Shown here: piece by piece, positions 51,654-64,000 of the stretch | Numbering within the stretch: the stretch's first letter is position 1 | How the letters are laid out: each line of letters starts with the position of its first letter | Assembly: GCA_012295275.1 (NCBI GenBank) | Contig: CM022668.1 | Coordinates: forward strand, 1,054,001 to 1,118,000 | Source of the DNA: Chrysomallon squamiferum | Lineage: Eukaryota; Animalia; Mollusca | Direction: 5' to 3' | DNA length: 64,000 bases | Notes under the pieces: model-generated | What the model saw: the letters and a program-made list of their open reading frames with translations, nothing else | The model's database searches: none | What the model was told of the DNA's origin: nothing | Made by a program: the position numbers and the translations under genes

Positions 51654-52880
51654 AGTAAATAGGTAAACGTGTAGCTTATTTTTATTACAGTCAAGTGTAA
51701 CATCAGTGTAATAGGGAACATGTAAAAGTGTAACTTGTCAGTGTAATAGTGAACATGTTAAAAGTGTTTTTACATCAGTGTAATAGTGAACATGTTAAAG
51801 TGTAACTTATCAGTGTAATAGTGAACATGTAAAAGTGTAACTTATCAGTGTAATAGTGAACATGTAAAAGTGTTACTTATCAGTGTAATAGTGAACATGT
51901 AAAAGTGTAACATCAGTGTAATAGTGAACATGTAAAAGTGTAACTTACAACTGTAATAGTGAACATGTAAAAGTGTAACTTACAACTGTAATAGTGAACA
52001 TGTAAAAGTGTTACTTATCAGTGTAATAGTGAACATGTAAAAGTGTAACGTATTGTATACATGTAGCTTATCAATGTAATAGTGAACATGTAAAAATGTA
52101 GTTTATCAATGTAATAGTGAACAAGTAAAAGTGTAACTTACAACTGTAATAGTGAACATGTAAAAGTTAACTTATCAATGTAATAGTGAACAAGTAAAAG
52201 TGTAACTTATCAGTGTAATAGTGAACATGTAAAAGTGTTACTTATCAGTGTAATAGTGAACATGTAAAAGTGTAACGTTTTGTATACATGTAGCTTATCA
52301 ATGTAATAGTGAACATGTAAAAATGTAGTTTATCAATGTAATAGTGAACATGTAAAAATGTAGTTTATCAATGTAATAGTGAACATGTAAAAGTTAACTT
52401 ATCAATGTAATAGTGAACATGTAAAAGTGTAACTTACAACTGTAATAGTGAACATGTAAAAGTGTAACTTATCAGTGTAATAGGGAACATGTAAAAGTTA
52501 ACTTATCAATGTAATAGTGAACATGTAAAAGTGTAACTTACTGTACTACTGAACAGTTAAAAGTGTAATTTATCATTGTAATAGTGAACATGTAAAAGTG
52601 TAAACATTACCATTGTAATAGTGAACATGTAAAAGTGTAACTTATTGTAATAGTTATCAGGTAAAAGTGTAACTTATCAATGTAATAGTGAACAGGCAGA
52701 AGCGCAACTTACAATTGTAACATGAACAGGTAAAAGTTATTTAAAACAGGTAACTTATTGTAATAGTGAACAGGTAAAAGTGGAACTTATCAATGTATTG
52801 GTGAACAGTTAAAATAATAATTATTACTGTGCTAGTGAACATGTAAAAGTGCAGCTTATTGTACTAGTGAACATGTAAAA
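51654..52880 (+). repeat. 35-bp minisatellite array, >30 copies (atcagtgtaatagtgaacatgtaaaagtgtaactt)
   Basis: The 35-bp period is seen directly. The centre is homogeneous, the edges are degenerate and there are no spacers. Confidence 0.96.
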
Positions 52881-53869
52881 GAGTCAGTTAACTGATGGGG
52901 AAAATATTCACAGATTAAATAAATAAAAAAAAAAAAAAAACTTTAGTCGTTATATAACACAATATTCTAAACGAATTATCCTTTGTGATGTTCAGACCAG
53001 TCTGATATTTAGACAAGCAGCACGTGGACGACACCTGACAGAGACGCCGGTTCCTTGCGACAGCGTGGTGAACGTCAGTGTAAGAAGTTGGTTCAGACTC
53101 TGCTGTAAGTGAAATGAGAAGAAATCTCTGATGGCTGCTGATAGTGATTATGTATCTGATATTCGCTATATACAGTTTGATCTGAAATACTGCCGAGATA
53201 AAGTAGTAATAGTACAGACACTGGAACAATAATCGAGATAATAGACAATTTAGGAATTCAAGCGAGAGTCTTGTCTAAGTCACTTTATGATACCTCGCGG
53301 CAACGCATAACTAACAAGTCCAGAGAAGTAGGTATCATACATCACTAACATATTTTTCTTTTGGCCGAATTTCACAATTTATTATAAGGTGAAAGTGAAA
53401 TATCCATTATATAACTAGTGACACTTGTGTGTTCTCGTGATTTCATTCCACTGCATGATAGAAATATAATAATTTAACACTAATAATTAATAATTCAATT
53501 TATGTTATTACTGCTCTTGCTGGTAATTATTATTGTTATATTTATTGTCGTTGTTGATGAAGAGAAAGCTGACAATAATAACCAGTATTGTTCTTCCATG
53601 CATTCTCAGATTTGAAGACATATTCGTCGACATTTTCTCAAACTGTGAGGAATTAAAATAATGTTCTAGTCAACGACAAACTACACATTGTTATTTACGA
53701 TTATTAGTTAGAACCATACAGAATGGAAAGAAGAAAATTTGCGTCTGCTATTTCATATGCAACTTTTCTTCGATTAACAACGTCTGTTACGTGCATTTTC
53801 ACTAAGAATATAGCCATGATAAAGTGGACTAAGGAACTACAGACACTTAAACTTCTCCATGATTAACAC

Positions 53870-54160
53870 GAATTCACACAAAACGTCTGTAAGTGTGATC
53901 AGGAATGAATTCACACAAAACGTCTGTAAGTGTGACCAGGAATGAATTCACACAAAACGTCTGTAAGTGTGATGAGGAATGAATTCACACAAAACGTCTG
54001 TAAGTGTGACCAGGAATGAATTCACACAAAACGTCTGTAAGTGTGATAAGGAATGAATTCACACAAAACTTCTGTAAGTGTGATCAGGAATGAATTCACA
54101 CAAAACGTCTGTAAGTGTGATAAGGAATGAATTCACACAAAACGTCTGTAAGTGTGATCA
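53870..54160. repeat. 37-bp tandem repeat, ~8 copies (gaattcacacaaaacgtctgtaagtgtgatcaggaat)
   Basis: Head-to-tail, near-identical units, each starting with GAATTC. Confidence 0.96.
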
Positions 54161-54934
54161 CAACCAAATTCTCTGAGGTGAGGAAGAAAGAATTCAGACC
54201 GAAATTCTCTAATTTTTTATTTATTTATTTGTTTATTTATTGCAGTTATATATCAACATATCACATAACATTAAACTAAACAATGAAGCATTTTACTAAA
54301 AATGCCCATAATGACAGAACCGCATCAACCTAAATGTCCACGTTTATGGTGTCAGTGACCAGATCGACTACACAGTATTATATACATTTCAAATCAAAAC
54401 TCGTCTGTAAAATGAAACTTAATTAAAAAAAAATTAGAAGAAGAAGAAGAAGAAGAAATCTTTTTCACGAACAAGATATAAATAAAATAAATATGTGTAT
54501 GTCCATTAAATGGCTGCATACATTGTTTAGAGAGTAAATTAGAGGAAGACAAAATGGATGCAGGTAACTGAGAAATCCCTGCGGGTTCGTTATAACTGCA
54601 GTTCTTACTCTTATTATTCGATTAATTAAATTATTACGAAACAGGTTTATACTTGAACATTGACATTTTCTTTGTTCCCGCTGATAGCTGTACTAACTAA
54701 TTAAGCTGTAACTGACATATTGACTTTTTTCATGAAGTGAATTGTAGGTGAATATCACTGCAGATTTACAGTTCGCAGGATTTAGCCCTACAGTTTAACA
54801 TATTTGGCTATTAAATGGTTTGTGTTTCATTGATGACAAAGGTCACAGTTTTCATTTGTCTGCACTTGGAAAATGCCTTTAGCATCACCTGCTTTAGGTG
54901 TGTCATGTCTACTAATCATTATTATTCCACAAAG

Positions 54935-54966
<32 letters not shown>

Positions 54967-55437
54967 ATGTTTGTCTCACAACAACCTCTAACATTAAAAC
55001 GTTTTCATTCATTTTTTTCAAAATAATAAATATTGTAACAAAAAATGTTATTAAGAAATACAAAATGAAAAAGAAACAAAGTAAATCTACAGAGACAGAT
55101 AGATAAATAATTACAGAGACGATAGACAGATATACAGAAGACAGACAGACAAATGTAATTAGCAGACAGACAGACGCCGGGTGGTTATTGCCACAGAGTT
55201 TGGTGATGAAATGTTGTTCTTGCCGCTCTACCATTATTTTGCAATACGCCTCAAATATCTCGGACAGTGCTTTCTAAACAACTGCCACAGTATTTCTTAT
55301 CAGGGCAAAGTAGAATTAGTTTTCTATTATCATCTATGATATTATTCAGTGAATTTAATATTTATCAAGAATTTATCATCTTAACTTTCCATTTTGTTCG
55401 TTGTTCACAAAAGATAACATTCGTGATTTCCATATCG

Positions 55438-56313
55438 TGACGTCACATCCCATTTTTATCTTTAATAGGATTGCATAGTTTTATATTATAGAATCAGAAA
55501 TAATCTTGAGATCTTGTTTTATTAAATGAAACACAGATTTGAACACAAAGAAATATAAACTAATGTATATAATATTACATATGACGTCACAACTGGATAC
55601 TCCATGCCATGATTACGTACCACAGAGATAATTTTTGTTTTTGTTTTTAATATGACTGTCATGATGTTTACATTAGTCTGTGAATGTGTTACTGAGTTAG
55701 AAGATTGCAGTTAACTGGAAGATGGTAGTTTTCAATTAATATTCAATTAGGTAATATACATGAACATGTAAAGTTTCCAAAATGTCACTGTATTTATTTA
55801 TTATTGAGAAAAATATCAAAACGTATGTGAACGCCTCTTCATAATGTAACACCGTTGCTTGACGGGAAGGTATTATCCTCCCCTAACCTAAAATCGATCC
55901 CCGCCAACTTGTAAAATCCTTTCTGATCTGAACAGCTAACGTTCAGAAACAAGTTTATTTCGCTTCGTTATTTGCTTAACCGCCACCCCAATACCAAGTT
56001 TCAAACCAAAGCAACAAACTGGCATCTAATTTGTTATATTTTCAACCGTCGTTGATTTTGTGACGGGCTATACTCGGGGGAGCAGATGCCATCGATCGCG
56101 TAGGAGCGCGCACGTTCTTTGACGATCACGTGATTTGGCGGTAAAACTTGCCCCGTTGACATATTCGCATCTGCTTTTCTGGGTGTAGGCGTTTGGCGAA
56201 GTTGCTTCAGAACACAGCTATAAAATCATTCATGAATCAACCAGCAGCTCTTTAAGTTTTGAAAAATTATCATTTTTATGACGGAAGTTTTGTGGATATC
56301 TGGAAAGGAACAG
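55438..56313. promoter_or_regulatory. Candidate promoter/enhancer: two full CRE palindromes (55438, 55582) and a CpG-rich island with ATCACGTGAT (56125-56134)
   Basis: The motifs are seen directly. No associated gene was identified in the window. Confidence 0.35.
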
Positions 56314-56444
56314 GTAGGAAATGTTTTTCTTATGCACCGACAAGAAAGAGATAATGTGATACATATATGGTTACCTATTCAAATTTTAAATTTTATTTCC
56401 AGTTATCATTATTATGTTTTAACACTTTATATTGTTTTACTTAT

Positions 56445-56446
<2 letters not shown>

Positions 56447-56525
<79 letters not shown>
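56447..56525. repeat. (CT)n microsatellite; other GA/CT tracts at ~14397, 45322, 48551 and 57392
   Basis: Seen directly. Confidence 0.95.
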
Positions 56526-56529
<4 letters not shown>

Positions 56530-56691
56530 AATTGAATCTTGAGTTATTTAAAGTTCAGTCATATTATAATAGTTTTATACAACTATAATAAAAACTTTCT
56601 TAATTTTTGTTTTATGTTTTTATATAAAATTTATATTTCTTATTATAGTTTCAAATCGAAAAATATTTTTATAATCTAATTTTTGTTAAAA

Positions 56692-56746
<55 letters not shown>

Positions 56747-57387
56747 CACAGGGAAATATAGATAAAATCAAACAAACAAATAATAATAATAATAATAACA
56801 ACAACAAAACCAACTATTTATATATATATATATATATATATAAGAATTGATTCAGACATAATTCTATTTTTTCCTTTTGACTTTTTCTTTTCTAAATAAA
56901 ACATCTGATTTAAGCAATGAAAATGAAAATTTATTTTTGTAAATTCTTTTGTTTTCTTCATTTCTGGCGAGGTGACGTTGGTGTGTTTAACAAATGAAAA
57001 AATCAGAGTGTTTTCAAATATTGATAACTCGAGATATTTGAAACAAATATTAATAAAAAAACCAACAACAACAAAACGCATGCGCGCACACACACTCACA
57101 CAGCGTAAAGATGAAGTGACTGGTCGCGAACTTGGAGACTGTGGGTTGGTTAGCCTCTGCAGCAGTTCGGTGTAACGATATGTTTTCACGATGGACACGA
57201 TTTTCTCTTTGTTTGATATCTAATGGGTTGTGATTAAATCATGTACAGAGATGCTAAACAAATTAGCAATACCCTCAAGCAAAAAGGACATTTTGTTGTT
57301 TTGTAGACAGCAACAAAGACGTAACTTTAGCAATTTCTTACACTTAATAAGACGCCATATTGATATATTTCTATTTCCGAGACAGAC

Positions 57388-57466
<79 letters not shown>

Positions 57467-58793
57467 TTGAAATTTATTTATTTATTTAATTTTTTTAATT
57501 CTTCTTCTAGCTGAAAATCGTTAATTGATCCCAAAATCTATGACGTTTAACTTGGTTAATAACGTAAACCGGACGTACTGCCTTAAAATGACGATAAAAT
57601 CAGCGAAAATAACTCGCGAAACAATATAACAATCGCTAAACTTTAAACAAATTTAGTTATATTCTTTAAAAAGTATTGAACACAATTAGTAAAAATTATA
57701 TGCCCTTAAGAATACTTTAAATGTCACGACAAACACCTTACAATTAGCGATTTTAATGTCTTTTAGTTTATCTATTTATTTATTATTATTACTTTTTATA
57801 TATTTTTTTATTATTACTATTTTTTTTTTTTTTTTGGAAACTTATTTTATCACTTTATGTATTTTATTTATTTTATGTATGTTTAAAGAAAAATGATCTA
57901 TTTCACGCTTTCTGTTATAACAGATTACGATGGTCACTGATCTAACGTAATGACATTCTCTGAACTGAAATTTGCTCTATAAAATGGCATAAAGGTAAAT
58001 TTGACGTAAACCGAAATGATGTAAAGTGGGGGATTACCGTATATAAAATGTACTAATTAAATAATAATGATGGTTATTATGGTAATATGTATATATTACG
58101 TGCTTGCGTGAGCGTGTTGACTTGTCTATGTATGAAATTCAGCATTAATCCTAGATGATATTCGCCTAGAGACAGAAGACAGCCATATTACATCTTCCTC
58201 GTTAGATCGCTATAAATGAAATTAGAGGAATATATTTGTTTTTTTAATAGGCAAGTCAGGTACGGTTCTATAAACTTAACCAGATAAATGTCATCAACCT
58301 TTATATACAGTCCAATAACCGTTGAATTATTCATAAAAATAATATTTCTACATCCAGCATAGGTCTGCATTCCTTTCAACTGTGTTTTTATATGTTTATT
58401 AATTAATTAATTTATTTATTTATTTATTTATTTATTATTATTTCTTTTCCTTACATTATGTTTTGTGAGTGTGTATTTGTTTGTGTGTCTGTATGTGTGG
58501 CAGACCACCGCTTTGTTAACATAAAATGTGAAAGTTCACTGTTGGATCCAAGTAGTCTTAAAGACTGGATTCTTTGTACACTAAGAAAGTGTAGAATATG
58601 AACAACTCACCAAGTTAATTATGTGCAGATATTTTCTACATGTATAATTATTACTGAAAGATTGTTGGGTTGCACTGAACGTGTCAGACATAATTTAATC
58701 ACACTGGGTGCTGTAGCTGCAGTTACAAGCTGTGCTGTGTAATGTCGTTAGGCGTCCGCAGCCGCTCGCAAACCCTGTCAGTTTTGTTCAAAG

Positions 58794-58856
58794 GAGCAAA
58801 ATTTCCTCTTTCCAGTGCACAGTTTGCTTTTCTTTTAATGAAAGCGTGCGAATTTA
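58794..58856 (+). repeat. Dispersed fragment related to the foldback arm (37859-37918)
   Basis: A 26-bp match with 1 mismatch (gagcaa[a/c]atttcctctttccagtgca), then gaaag[c/t]gtgc[g/a]a. Confidence 0.7.
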
Positions 58857-61800
58857 TTTTTAATTTTTGTAGGAATCATGCCGTAGTGTGACGTGCTTTC
58901 CAACGCATCTGAAAATACACATGATTTCGTTTCTACACTCTCCCGCATTTCGCACAAGAAAGCTTACAATTAGTCTCGCCTGAAAGTGCCTAGATATCCC
59001 TTCAAAACGATCTTTTTCTTTTATGAATTGAACAAAATGCAGTTTCCGAAACTTACAAAATAATTTTTTCAACTAAATATGTACTATCTTTTCGCGAAAA
59101 AATTCTCGATACGGTTCAATAAGTTAAAAGAGCTTTCTATATCACGGCTAAAACGCGGTAGCCGTTAAACGACGGACACTCATGGTCAGAAGTGAACATC
59201 AACAGTGGTCTACGTTCTCAGTCAGCAAGTGGACCGGAATGGAGGAAACCACGAGCTACGAACGCGTATTAAGAGTCGTATGGTGAAAATAACAGACTGA
59301 AGCTATACACGAATAGCAAAGGGTGATAATATTGTTAAACAATACTTAGTGATCGCTGTGTTGCGGGTTTTAGTTATAACATTTCAGATATATTTTTTCA
59401 TAAAAGCTTTTTCTGATCAATAAAAAAGCCAAGCTGAAGAAAATGAATAGAAAAAGCTTTTTTTGTGAGAACCTGATAAACTGCCACGTGTTGAAAATTA
59501 TCAGACGTTAACGTCAAATAGTCGCACGTGGAAAGTGGATAAACCTCAAGAGGCTGATAATTCACTGACATATATTTAGATTTATAAGCATATTGCTCTT
59601 TCAGAACAGGATAGTGAAGTAAAGTGTATCATCCCTTGCAGGTGAGCTGAAGTCAGTCATTTGACCCCACCCCATTCAAACTACCCCACCGTGACTGTAG
59701 TTGTAACATCTCTTTACAACGATCTTTTCTTCCTGATCAAAATGCAGTTTGAATTATAAAAATCGGTTTATTTATTAGGCATGTTATTGTATTTTAAAGT
59801 ATTGAGAGAAAACGGTAAAATTGATGTCCAGTTCTCGGAAATATAAACCAATTTTGGTGGGCTGTTATCTCAGAATCAAGCAAGGGATGAATCTGGGGAA
59901 AAAACAGTCTCTATAAATTAAATTATTGAAATCTGTGCATTTTCATGCTTCGTTGTATAAGTTTGCGAAGGATATGAGCTGGCAAAAAAATCAGGGTTTT
60001 ATCAAAACGGTGTTTTTAAATATTTTATATTTTATTACTACAGAACTGGGGAGAACATTATCAGCCAAAACTGTTATTGGAATAAAGAGAGAAACATGTT
60101 ATAAAATCTTTTTCTTTTCTTTTCTTATTTAATTCTTGCTTTCTTTTTGTAAAAAAAAATCTGTAATATACGAAAAAAAGAAAAGAAAAGAGCGTTTGTT
60201 CCAAGATTAAATTTTGGGTGAGAGTATTTACCATACTGAAGCACTATAACATCCTGTAATGCCATCTTTATAATTATGGAATTTTACGATAATATACGAA
60301 ACAGACTTAGATTCGTTCTTGAATATATTTTATGAATGTGTATTTAAATTTTATTTTGAATGATTAAATCATAGCTGATCAGGGACATAAAACAGTAATT
60401 ATTTTTTTGAATAAATCACATATATTCTACTTAAATCATGACCCCTGTAATACACTCAGACAATAAAACTGAGAAGTAGTTAAACCTGGTCACTTTTTAC
60501 TGGTCCTTGACTGACTGTTGTAGACAGATTAACTATAATTTTGAAAATGTATTGTATATTAAAACTTCGCCAGCCGAAATTCCGAAATCATTTGTATTTT
60601 CCGTCTCAGAGCTTTGTAGGTCATAGTCAGGAAAAAGAAAACAAATTCCAGTATGAAATAATAAATTTGTTAATTTCTAACTGTTAATTGTGTTTTGTAG
60701 ACTTTGCCATTTCATTTGTTATTGTTACAGTAACTGAGAAAGAAGCTTGATTTTTCTTTTCTCTTCCATTACTCTCCCCTAAAATTGTCTTAATTTTATT
60801 ACTATCAATAACTCATACGTTAGTTTCCGGTCAATCCCATACAGAAATGAAAACCAGTGACGTATGCAACCAGTGACGTATGCAGTGTGCACGCGCAGAC
60901 GTATCTAGCAGGAGGCTTTTTAAAATATTTTTCTATCATAAGTCGAACAATAATTTTTTTAAATTAATTTAAAGATGATGTTGCAGTCATTAAGCTGACA
61001 TTTTTTTCTCTTGTTCGTATATTTATTTATTTATTATTATTTATCTTTTAATTCTTTGTTTAATTCTGACTGAAGCCTAACCCTTAGTTACGCCATTGTT
61101 AAACATTAATAACAATAAATAAATAAATAAATAAAAGTGAGAGAGATGAGAAAAAATAACCAACAAAAAAAAAAAAAAAACTTATTAAATTAAACAAAAT
61201 TTAAGCTATACGAAAATGGCATGTTATAATGTCATAAATTATCATAAAATTATATAAAATTATATAAAAAAGATCAAACTGTTACTTACAAATTTACGAA
61301 AATATTTTCAAAACGAACTCTCCAATCTATCATTTACTTCAGACGGTGTTGCCTGGTAACTGCCTAATGAACAGATCTGCTAATTGCGACAGAAAGAAAA
61401 TGTGTTCATTTTCGATACTTCAGACTGAGAAGTTAAAGAACCTTCCAGAGACAATTAGATTGTGACTTTTTATTAGTTCTCTATTTATTTTGTCTGCAGG
61501 GTATGTCTGTTTAAAGTTTTAAATAAAGTTACATTTCACTCTCTCTTTTTTACACATGCACTCATTTATTAACTATGTATATTTATGTATACACGTGTTT
61601 CTGTTTTTCCTAAATGTCTTTCTAAATATTCCTTTGTCTTTCTGTCGGACTATCTGACGATCTATCTCTTCAGATTTCAATCTTAGAAAACACTCGCACA
61701 CTCAGATACATATTCACACATATATTAGATATTCTTTCTCAGCTTCAACTCCTACAGAATTGGATTAGTCCAATTCGTCTTCGCTTTATTGCCAATATGC

Positions 61801-62926
61801 AACATTTTCAGTATTTTATCAGCAGATTGCGCTCTGTAAATTCAATACTAAGTGACAGACGCTCACAGTATGAATTTAGTAAACAGTGTATTTTTGACGC
61901 ATTCGATACGAAATGAATGACCCACTTGTTAGTTCTATCAGTAATTATATTTCGATGTTTGAATATTAAATCATAGGCCTGTTCTAGTGTGCTGTGTGTT
62001 TGTGCGGACTTCCAAGTCCGTCTAATTATATTTCGTAGTCTTAGACGACGAGAAGAACGCAAAGAAGACGACTACGACGACACGGAAACAGCTACAAGTG
62101 GTAATTAACAGTGTCACTGTAGAATGAGTTAAAAGGGACAAAACTACTCAGTAGCTTACTTTCATTCCTAAAATTACTTGTTGTTATTGTTAATTCTTTA
62201 TGCATCTCGTCATTTCAACTTGTTTTTTGTCAGTGTCATTACTCGAACGTGCCAGGTGGTCACGTGATGATTGTCAATACTTTAACCGATTTGAAGTACG
62301 CTGGAATGCACGAACTAACTTTTTAGTACATTACAAAACATCTTCTTTGTTGTTACAACGCAGCAAAACGGCTTTCCGTGATATTATTTGAAATTAATAT
62401 CTTTAGATTAATTATTCTGTATCGAGTTACATCTCTCACTTGCAGAGAGAAATTAAGTAAAAAAAAAAAAACAGCAAAACCGATTATCGTTAGGATATTT
62501 ATACATTTTCACGTATATAATTTAATTTTTTTCGTTCGATCAAATCGTCTAAAATCCACGTATTATATAATTCAAGATACTGATAAGAATGAAATTATGA
62601 GTGTTGGGTGAATGCAAAAACAAAATATTGTCTAAGAGATAATGGTTGATGTTATTAAAGTATTTGAAAAAAAGTGATATTCACAAAGAGTTAAATTTGA
62701 CTGAGATAGATTGCACCATTTAGACAGGATGGATCTTTTTAATATCTATGATTCAAGTTTATTTCTTTCCTGTAAAACCAAATTATGTAAGGTATTAATA
62801 TGTTTCATAGACTTTGCATCAGAGAATGAATGTTAAGTAAATACTTTCAGTAGCAACCCTCTCCTATATTTGGTTTACCAACAGCCGAAACATTCCTACT
62901 GCAAGTCGACAAGCGTAACCCAGAGC

Positions 62927-62965
<39 letters not shown>

Positions 62966-64000
62966 AATAATAATAATATCATCTTCTTGTGATTGTTATT
63001 ATTACATAAAATTAAGACTGATACATTAAAATAGATAATAATTCCTATATGTTTTACTAATTAACTATGTAAATTGTTTAAATTAAACAATGGTTTCCAG
63101 TATAAGCAAATTTATAGAAAATAGTGGTCTGAAAGAATTTTTTTAACATGGATTCTCTCCGCCTCTGTGCATATGAACCTGACTATAAAACAGCATAATT
63201 CAGTGTGCACCAGTCTCTAAACAAGACTGAAACTGTCACAGCCTGTTTTCAAACAGTTAAATCATGATTAGATGTGACGTATTTAAATGCAAATTGGTGA
63301 AGAGCGTTTTTGTCGAAACTGAAAAGTTAATTTGCTGACTTTTATTTTTTTTACAGTAAAACAACTAGCAAGTCCCATCATCACACATAATATTATGTAA
63401 ACTTTGTTAGTTTCTCATCTATTACATTTCTGAGAATAATTCTAATGTTAAAATCCAGTGACATTTGAAAACCATATCTGATATCTTTTTAAGAAAAACC
63501 TGTTTCTCACTTTATTGATTTAACTATTTTTGTATTCATCATCACTCGTCAATTATGTGATATCTGATTGCTGTTTGGCATTTTATTTTAAAATTTTAAA
63601 GTAAAATAATATTAATAACAAATTATTAAGAATTTGTTTTATTTTCCAAAAAGTTTATATATTACAAACCTTTACTCCTTGTTTATAAGATGATGCAGAG
63701 AATTTCGCATCTTACTTGATTGTTATTATTGTTATTATTAAAAATTATACATAAACCTGATTCTTCATACTTATTTTGGTTAAATAAATGTTCATTTTAA
63801 TGTTATAAGTGGATCTGTTTGATTTCTAACTCGACTTCTAACAGTACATGTAATCTGAGTTTCTGATTCTTTATTTGAAAAACACGACTCACTGCCTTCT
63901 CCGCAATTAGAGTAATTCATCGAATATTATGGTTTACCTAATCATATTATCTTTAAATTATAGTCACTTTTTTATATATTACTTCCACTAATTTCCAAAA

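Noticed and set aside
51654-52880. 35-bp array as a CRISPR array
   Set aside because: There are no spacers; it is a simple minisatellite.
53870-54160. 37-bp palindromic repeats resembling CRISPR direct repeats
   Set aside because: The units are head-to-tail with no unique spacers, there are no cas genes, and the context is eukaryotic.
56278-56313. ATG...CAG|GTAGGA as a first coding exon (MTEVLWISGKEQ)
   Set aside because: No downstream exon or homology was found in the window, and an upstream ATG with a short ORF precedes it.

Overview
This is AT-rich, microsatellite-laden genomic DNA from a metazoan with spliceosomal introns. It is probably a lophotrochozoan or mollusc; that is inference from protein divergence and repeat style. 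Three + strand genes can be reconstructed by hand from GT-AG exons in consistent phase. (1) The 3' part of PIKfyve/Fab1, covering the PIP-kinase domain (about 289-8092). (2) A complete 5-exon, 401-aa p75NTR/NGFR (TNFRSF16)-like receptor with signal peptide, 4 CRDs, p75-type TM and death domain (16909-30835). (3) A complete 10-exon, 357-aa DNAJB11/ERdj3 (35422-43101). No coding sequence is recognisable from about 44 kb to 64 kb. That stretch holds two minisatellite arrays and CpG-rich regulatory-looking islands. Main observations: a perfect ER-stress response element (CCAAT-N9-CCACG) in DNAJB11 intron 1; a tandem repeat that copies the 5' splice site after the p75 ectodomain exon, a possible route to a soluble decoy; a roughly 295-bp-arm foldback next to a Tigger/pogo relic in DNAJB11 intron 2; several Tc1/mariner-superfamily relics; and an apparent mosaic CpG-depletion pattern. 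No CRISPR array, rRNA or tRNA was found, and no clearly novel multi-gene system is supported.
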